From contig NW_021835204.1 in the NCBI RefSeq assembly GCF_006345805.1, positions 1 through 42,283 of the forward strand: a DNA stretch of 42,283 nucleotides, in the 5' to 3' direction. The notes under the pieces were generated by a model. The model worked only from the letters and a program-made list of their open reading frames with translations, did no database searches and was not told where the DNA came from. This stretch comes from Octopus sinensis. Its lineage: Eukaryota. Shown piece after piece: positions 36,287-42,283 of the stretch. Every line of letters starts with the position of its first letter. The first letter of the stretch is position 1. The position numbers and the translations under genes were made by a program.

Positions 36287-37406
36287 ATGTCTTGGAAAAA
36301 TAAACCAAGTGATTCGCAACAAAGGCAGCTTTTTTTGGTTCAGAACAAAAACTTTTTAATTATTCGCCACTATGGCCCTTTGGGATTCGGAGTTAAAGAA
36401 TCGGTTAATGATGAAATTTCATATAAAGTCTGTTTGTTTTTACTTTCTTCAAGGTTTTGTTAGGACAAAAACATATTTGTTCGTGTTCAAATTATACAGA
36501 AAAAGACTTGTGTATTCACATCTATTGGATACTTGTTAGAAAATTTAAACTTTCTACATATGATCCATGTAATCGGTCTTAAAATAAATCTAGTATGTTG
36601 GCAAACTGGTATGACTTCGATGGTCTTGGAAAGAATTTTAAGTACGTCTTTAACTACTCCCATCACAATTTGCGAACCAAAAGAATCCGAGCAAGTCCAC
36701 GTTGAACAAAAAATTATAGAAAAAGCTGATATCTGTCCTGTCTGTCAAGAGGATTTTTTTCCAAGTCATAAACCTACAACTTACTGCAAGTACCGTTAAA
36801 ATGGCATTATTTAAAGATCTGGATGTGGAAAAAGTTTACACATGAAATGTCTCCAAATCTGGGCAGCCCATCAGAGTAATCAAAAAACAGTTCCTTGTCC
36901 GATGTGTCGATGCAGTTTTGGAAGTGTAAAAAATATCAAAAATTATCTTTTTCAATTCTCTGCAGACATAAAACGTTCAGAAATTCCTAAGATTCAAGAT
37001 CATTCACTAACCTCAAAGTCTAGCAATTTTTATTTTTTACAGAGAACTAAAAACAATATTCAGAGTTATAAAAAACTGCAACAGAAAAGAAAATCTCAAA
37101 TCAGCTGTGAGATCTCATCTTTGTTACATTTGTCTGCTTTTTTTAAAAAAAGATGATAATTTAATATTATCGTCGTGCTATCATCGGGTATTTTTACACT
37201 TAACGATGTTCTAGTTCCACAAATCATGTGTTTTGGACTGGATTAGCAAAGGATTAAACTATTGTCCTAATGACGGTAAAGATATAGTATGCTTAATTGC
37301 GAACAATGGAAATGAAGTTCCTACATCCATAAACAATTCGCAGAAAAAGGGAGATGTTGAAATACAAATTTCATGCTCCTCAATCGTGCTAAAGCAACGC
37401 CATTAA
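36287..37406 (+). CDS. ZSWIM2: E3 ubiquitin ligase ZSWIM2/MEX-like (SWIM plus two RINGs)
   Basis: Reads GPLGFGVKE...YK-VLLGQKHICSC...DLCIHIYWIL (SWIM), RING CPVCQE...GCGKSLHMKCLQIWA...CPMCR and a second RING CYIC...SCYHR-FHKSCVLDWI...CPNDG. Five 25-27 nt introns. Confidence 0.85.
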
Positions 37407-37454
37407 AGTTTTAAAAAATATACATTTTAATAAAAATATTTTCAAATTTAATTT

Positions 37455-38330
37455 ATCTAAGTACTGAGCCTTCTGATTGGATAAGGGGTAACACTCCACA
37501 TTGTTGTCTTCTTCTTCCTCTTCTCTTCTCTGAAAATCTCTAAGCAGGCCCAGCCCAGCGCTTTCCGGTGACTAAAAGTCAGGAAAAGAATCAAACGTCA
37601 AGTGCGAAACTCTCCAGAGTCCTCTTAAGAAAAGTTGACGACATATAAGCCTGTAGAAACTTATTTACATCTAACAACCTTAAGCAACCCGTGTCATATT
37701 TTGTGACCAGTCTGCACCGTGTCATCAGACAAGAAATGAAATCGGCTTTGATGTATCAGCCCTAGCTTGTATAAAAGGAGGCCATACTTCTCCTCCTTAT
37801 CTATTTGTACTATCTGCAAAAGAAATAGGCATATGTTATCCACATCTACGACAATACTCTTCCCAGTGACCTTACCATGGACAACAATATTGAATTGGAT
37901 AAAAATCAAAATGTATATTGGGATTCCACCCATACTTTTGAGTTTCCAGACATTAATTGAACTCGATGGGATCTTTTACTTAACATAAAGACAGAGCGCA
38001 ATCTCCTTAGGTCAAAGATGGATAGATATAATCAATGCTTGGTTGCAGGTCAAAGATTGAATTGATGTTTCACTAATTTGGATCGAGTTATTTTACCACT
38101 ACTTTAAGCTCATAAAATTCAACAGCTTATACAGAAACAGCACATGTTTGTTTCTAGCTTGAAAAAATTTAAACAGCCTTTAATTTATATTAAAGTTTTT
38201 TTTCTTTGAGCCCTTTCGTTTACTGATAAAAATCAAATTCTTTATGTGTAATGACATGGGATGGACCTTCTTTTTATTTAGGGTCCTTGATTCAAAATAA
38301 TAACCAGATTTATAAGATATCCAAGACATA
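37455..38330 (-). CDS. possible gene or pseudogene of unknown function
   Basis: There are coding-like segments (KIPSSSINVWKLKSMGGIPIYIL..., IVQIDKEEKYGLLLYKLG) and short GT-AG segments, but no consistent full model. Confidence 0.25.
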
Positions 38331-38462
38331 TTTTTAGCAAACCTCTGGCTATTGGGATGCTAATTAATTACTAGTTATTTCCCAACGGTATCTTTATCGC
38401 AAAATAATTAGTCTTTTATAATACAGGCCGATAATTATGATTTATTAAAAAAATATTTGAAT

Positions 38463-41325
38463 ATGTTTCTGAATCTTTTTTTGTTCCAATTTTTTTTCAC
38501 CAATGGAATTGTTCTGAATATTGGTGTAGTTTTAGACAGTCAAAAAATACTAAAACTTCAAAATATTGCTATAAACTATAATTTTAGTGCACTTAAAAAC
38601 ATTACTCAAATTATTATCAAAGAAATATTTCTCAAATCTTCGACATTAGAGACCATTGACTATTTTTGCAACAATGCACAAATGTTAAAAATTGATTTTA
38701 TTATTACTGATAAATATGAAAAAAGTAAAGTACTCGAGTCTTCGTTGGAAACACTGTCTGGATTTCTGTCTATTCCCGTCATCGCCATGAATTCGCGAAA
38801 AACCTATTTTAATAAAAATGTATTTTTTGTATTTATTATAAGAAATTGCATCTGCCACTTATTCAAACAGATTCTCCCTATTTTTATCAGGCGAATGCTT
38901 TTCGTGATTTTTGTATTTTTTTTGAATGGAAATATATAATTTTTGTGCATTCGGACGACCCCGAGTCTCATCACATTGTGGAACAACTCCGTAATATTGA
39001 AACTACTGAAAAAAATGTTTGAATTAAAGCCTTAATTAGATAATTATTGAAAAACTCATAAAACTTCCTCCAAATCTGGAGAATTACACCAGTTTTTTGA
39101 GACCGATCGAAGATTGTTTTTCGAGAATAATATTTCTATGTTCAAAGTTGGACATTTTTTTAAATTTCAGTCATAATGACACAGCAAAGATATTTAATTC
39201 TGCTAACGAACTTAAATTGCTAGATACTCAGTATATTTGGGTTCTTTGTGAAGATTCTCTTAACGCTGAAGGGATACCAGTCGGTATTCTTTCATGTTTT
39301 ATTATTTAGGAATGTTGGGAATTCGCTATAAAAATGAAAATATTTTAGAGATGGAGTTTAAAGAAATCCTGCGTATGATCACGACGTCATTTGAATCGAA
39401 CGGATTTAACAGAGAAAAAGTCTCTTGCGACCAATCTGCAAACACAGTCAACACAATATTCAAATTTGAGTAAATCTCAAGTAATCTTATTTAGAACCTT
39501 AATTGGTTTTCATTCCGAATTACTCAATTTTGACTCGTTTGGGAATCAACGAAATTATAATTTTAAAGTAGTTAATACCCAACCTGAAGGACTTGTAGAA
39601 GTAGGAAGCATTTTTAACAAAAATAATGTAATTAGCTCATTGTTTATAAACTAGACTTCAACTAGTGATTTGTTTTTTCCTGCTATAATTTGGCCTCACG
39701 TGCACATTTTTCCTTTCAATTCTATTAAAGAATTTTATAAACTAAAAGCTTTTTCCTCTTATTATAATAATAGGTTACAATATTAAATCAAGTCCCTTTT
39801 ATTGAAACCTTCATTCCTGAAAGCAAAGTATGTGAAAAGCCTGCTTTACCATGTGATTGGAAAGATCCAAAAACAAGTGAAATTATATTTAGAAATAAAT
39901 TAGATTTGACGACAAACTATTGTTGCAGGGGATTTTGTGTTGCACTTTTGAATAAATTGGCCGTTGACTTAAATTTCGAATTTGTACTTTACGTTGTCGG
40001 AGACAAGCAATTTGGACCTCACTATGTATTTTTCTATTAAATGGACATTTTAGATTGGAAACGAGAATTATCTGTATGGCCTCGTAAAAGAACTTGCGAC
40101 CGGGAAAGCGGACATTGCAGCCGTTTCCATGCACATAACAAGGCTTAGAATGAAATATATTGACTTTTCATTCCCGTACATGTTGGGCAGAAATAGAATT
40201 TTATTGTATGATGTGAGTCTTTGAAGTTTACAAACTCAGAATTCAAACACAATATTTAGCTCGTTCTTCCAATCATTTAGTTTAACTATGTGGGGAGTTC
40301 TGTTTGTATGCCCTATTATTGTAGCAACTGCATTTTATTTATTTGATCGCATCTCTCCTTTCTCGCAATATTATATTCCAGATTCTAATAGAATGAAAAA
40401 AGGAAAAACAACCCCAAATCAAACCAACAACGACCTTAAAATCTCCAGTGCAATCTGGTTTTCTCTTGGAGTTTTGTTAAACATTCCGATTGCAAAAAGT
40501 ATTGATTCTGTTCTCTATTTATAGATGTCCCAAAAAGTTTCTCAGGGAAATTTTTAGGAATTACATGGGCTATTTTTTCATTTTTGATCGTAGCTTCATA
40601 CACTGCTAATTTAGCCTCGTTCTACATAAAGGCCATCTCTCAGACCACTATATCTTCTGTTGAAGATTTGATCGTAAAAAAGCTGTTACTGATTAGAAAA
40701 GATTAAGAAAAATACACATCCGAATTTCGAATTTACAACCCTTTCATTTGGATTCGCTCCATACTACTTTAAATACCACAAAACATTGATACACGTGTTT
40801 ACATATATGACCAAAACAAAGTACAATAACATGACGACAGTCCTCAAAGACATGGAATCAGGGTTTTCCCTAGCATTATAATGTTTAAGAAAACTCGGCG
40901 CTTTGATTCACGACGAATCACAGCTAAAATACTGGACAAGAGGAAAATGTGGATATTCTGTTGTAGGATCTGGATTTGGAGAAGTAGAAGCAGCTTTTGG
41001 AGTTAGGAAAAACTTGCCTGTGGCAAATCAACTAAGCAATCAAATTCAAAATTATGTCTATGGTTTATTAAAACTAAAATAATTAGAGACGGAACAATTC
41101 AATATCTAGAACAAGTGTATATTTCTAGAGAAAATGCATGCGAAAATGCCTTTAATTTTGAAACTGTAGGAATAGAGAATATGACAGGCATTCAATAAGA
41201 AATACATTTTAGAGCTTGTCATCATCGTGGCAGTCGGAATTTCTGTCGGGCTATTGATTTTTATTGCAGAGATTTTTTACAATAAAAGGAGAAATCGAAC
41301 CTATGTGATGAGATCGAATACTTAA
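38463..41325 (+). CDS. GRIN1: NMDA-type ionotropic glutamate receptor, GluN1-like subunit
   Basis: It has a signal peptide plus LNIGVVL. S1 reads CCRGFCVALLNKLA.DLNF...DKQFG and GLVKELATGKADIA...RMKYIDFSFPY. M1 includes YLFDRISPF, M2 is SAIWFSLGVLLN, M3 is PKSFSGKFLGITWA.F...VASYTANLASF, and S2 includes KLGALIHD. Short introns restore frame. Stop at 41323-41325. Confidence 0.88.
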
Positions 41326-41399
41326 CATTAAGTTAATTTAATTACTAAAACATTCATAAATTTTTTGGGTTAAAATAAATTTTCTTTGTTAAAAAAATT

Positions 41400-42283
41400 G
41401 AGTTTATTAAAAAAAAGTTAAAATTCTTCTGATAAATCAGATTTTTGATTTTTTAAAACAAAGTTAAGAAGTATTAGAAAGTCAAAAAAGAGTGTTGATC
41501 GATTCAGGCTGTCGTGAACTCGGGGGGTCAGTCTCCCTCCGGTCATTCGTCTTCAAGGCGATTTTCTCACCGAGCATTCGCAACTACTTCTCGGCTTCCT
41601 TACCGACCACGTCAGGCCTCAAAAGCAAGTGGCATGAACTCGTAAGCGTCAGAAAGGAGTACGTCGTTCGACCTCTTTCTATAAATTATATATCGTTTTC
41701 ATGCCATGATTTTCTTTTTTCGCTATTAAATATTTTAACAGCTATTTTATTCAAATTATAAAAATCGAATTTTAAGAAAAACAGCAGAGAACAATATTTT
41801 ATGATTACCGTTGATGAACGAAACAACTCCAAAGTTGGATCAACTCCAAAGAACATTCTGCTGTCGTTTAGGTCTCTTTTTCTGAATAGCCGCTTTGAGT
41901 CTTTTTTGATCGAACATACAGTTCCACATTGAAAGTTTAATTTCTTTTCATCAATTTGTAATGAATAACCTAAACAGAATCGTCATCCCCTCCCAGTCCC
42001 ACTATACAGACAACACTGTTTTACCGAGATGATAATTCAAATAACTAATAAAACATCAGCGAGTTGGATACTATGCAGATTTATGCCATAACATATAATC
42101 GGGACATTCACTTCACTGTCGGTGCTCAACTGTCCAAAAACAGTTTAATATTCAGTATACAGGACCCCTGCTAAAATGTATTTAAAGTAGAAAAATAACA
42201 TGTTATGAAGTAAAAATAATTTAAACAATTATTCAAATTAATTTATTTTGAAAAATATGTATTTTATGAAGATGATGTAGTAT
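41400..42283 (-). CDS. 3' exons of an unidentified gene entering from the window end
   Basis: Coding-like exons include RGRTTYSFLTLTSSCHLLLRPD-LRMLGEKIALKTNDRRETDP...LFDFLILLNF, joined by a 27-nt GT-AG segment. I recognised no family. Confidence 0.3.

Overview
This is animal genomic DNA, not prokaryotic: it is AT-rich, gene-dense and split by extremely short spliceosomal introns. The introns I could reconstruct by restoring conserved reading frames are 23-32 nt, mostly 23-28 nt. Among animals I know this mainly from dicyemid mesozoans, so that taxon is an inference. Recognisable host genes are DMXL/Rabconnectin-3alpha (running off the left end), SLC33A1, MCU, EMC6, a TIS11/ZFP36-type tandem CCCH protein, an AASDH-like 3' remnant, MED21, a mucin-stalk membrane protein, a reduced Delta-like ligand, a nicotinic acetylcholine receptor alpha subunit, ZSWIM2 and an NMDA GluN1-like subunit. 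Roughly a third of the window is transposable elements: two hAT elements with TSDs, a pogo/Tigger-like element, a Merlin element nested in an unclassified 9-bp-TSD element with telomere-like repeats, two CRE-clade (RLE-type) retrotransposons and APE-type LINE remnants. The most interesting theme is the interplay between the ultra-short-intron splicing system and the transposons. It shows up as a host-sized intron inside a transposase, a candidate intron formed across a deletion junction, a 2-kb hAT inside a tiny DMXL intron, and a 54-bp exon copy fused to a LINE. A second theme is strongly remodelled signalling genes: a truncated DSL domain, an anion-type AChR pore, and an altered GluN1 agonist pocket. 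I found no rRNA, tRNA or CRISPR array. All exon models were read by hand, with no database searches.
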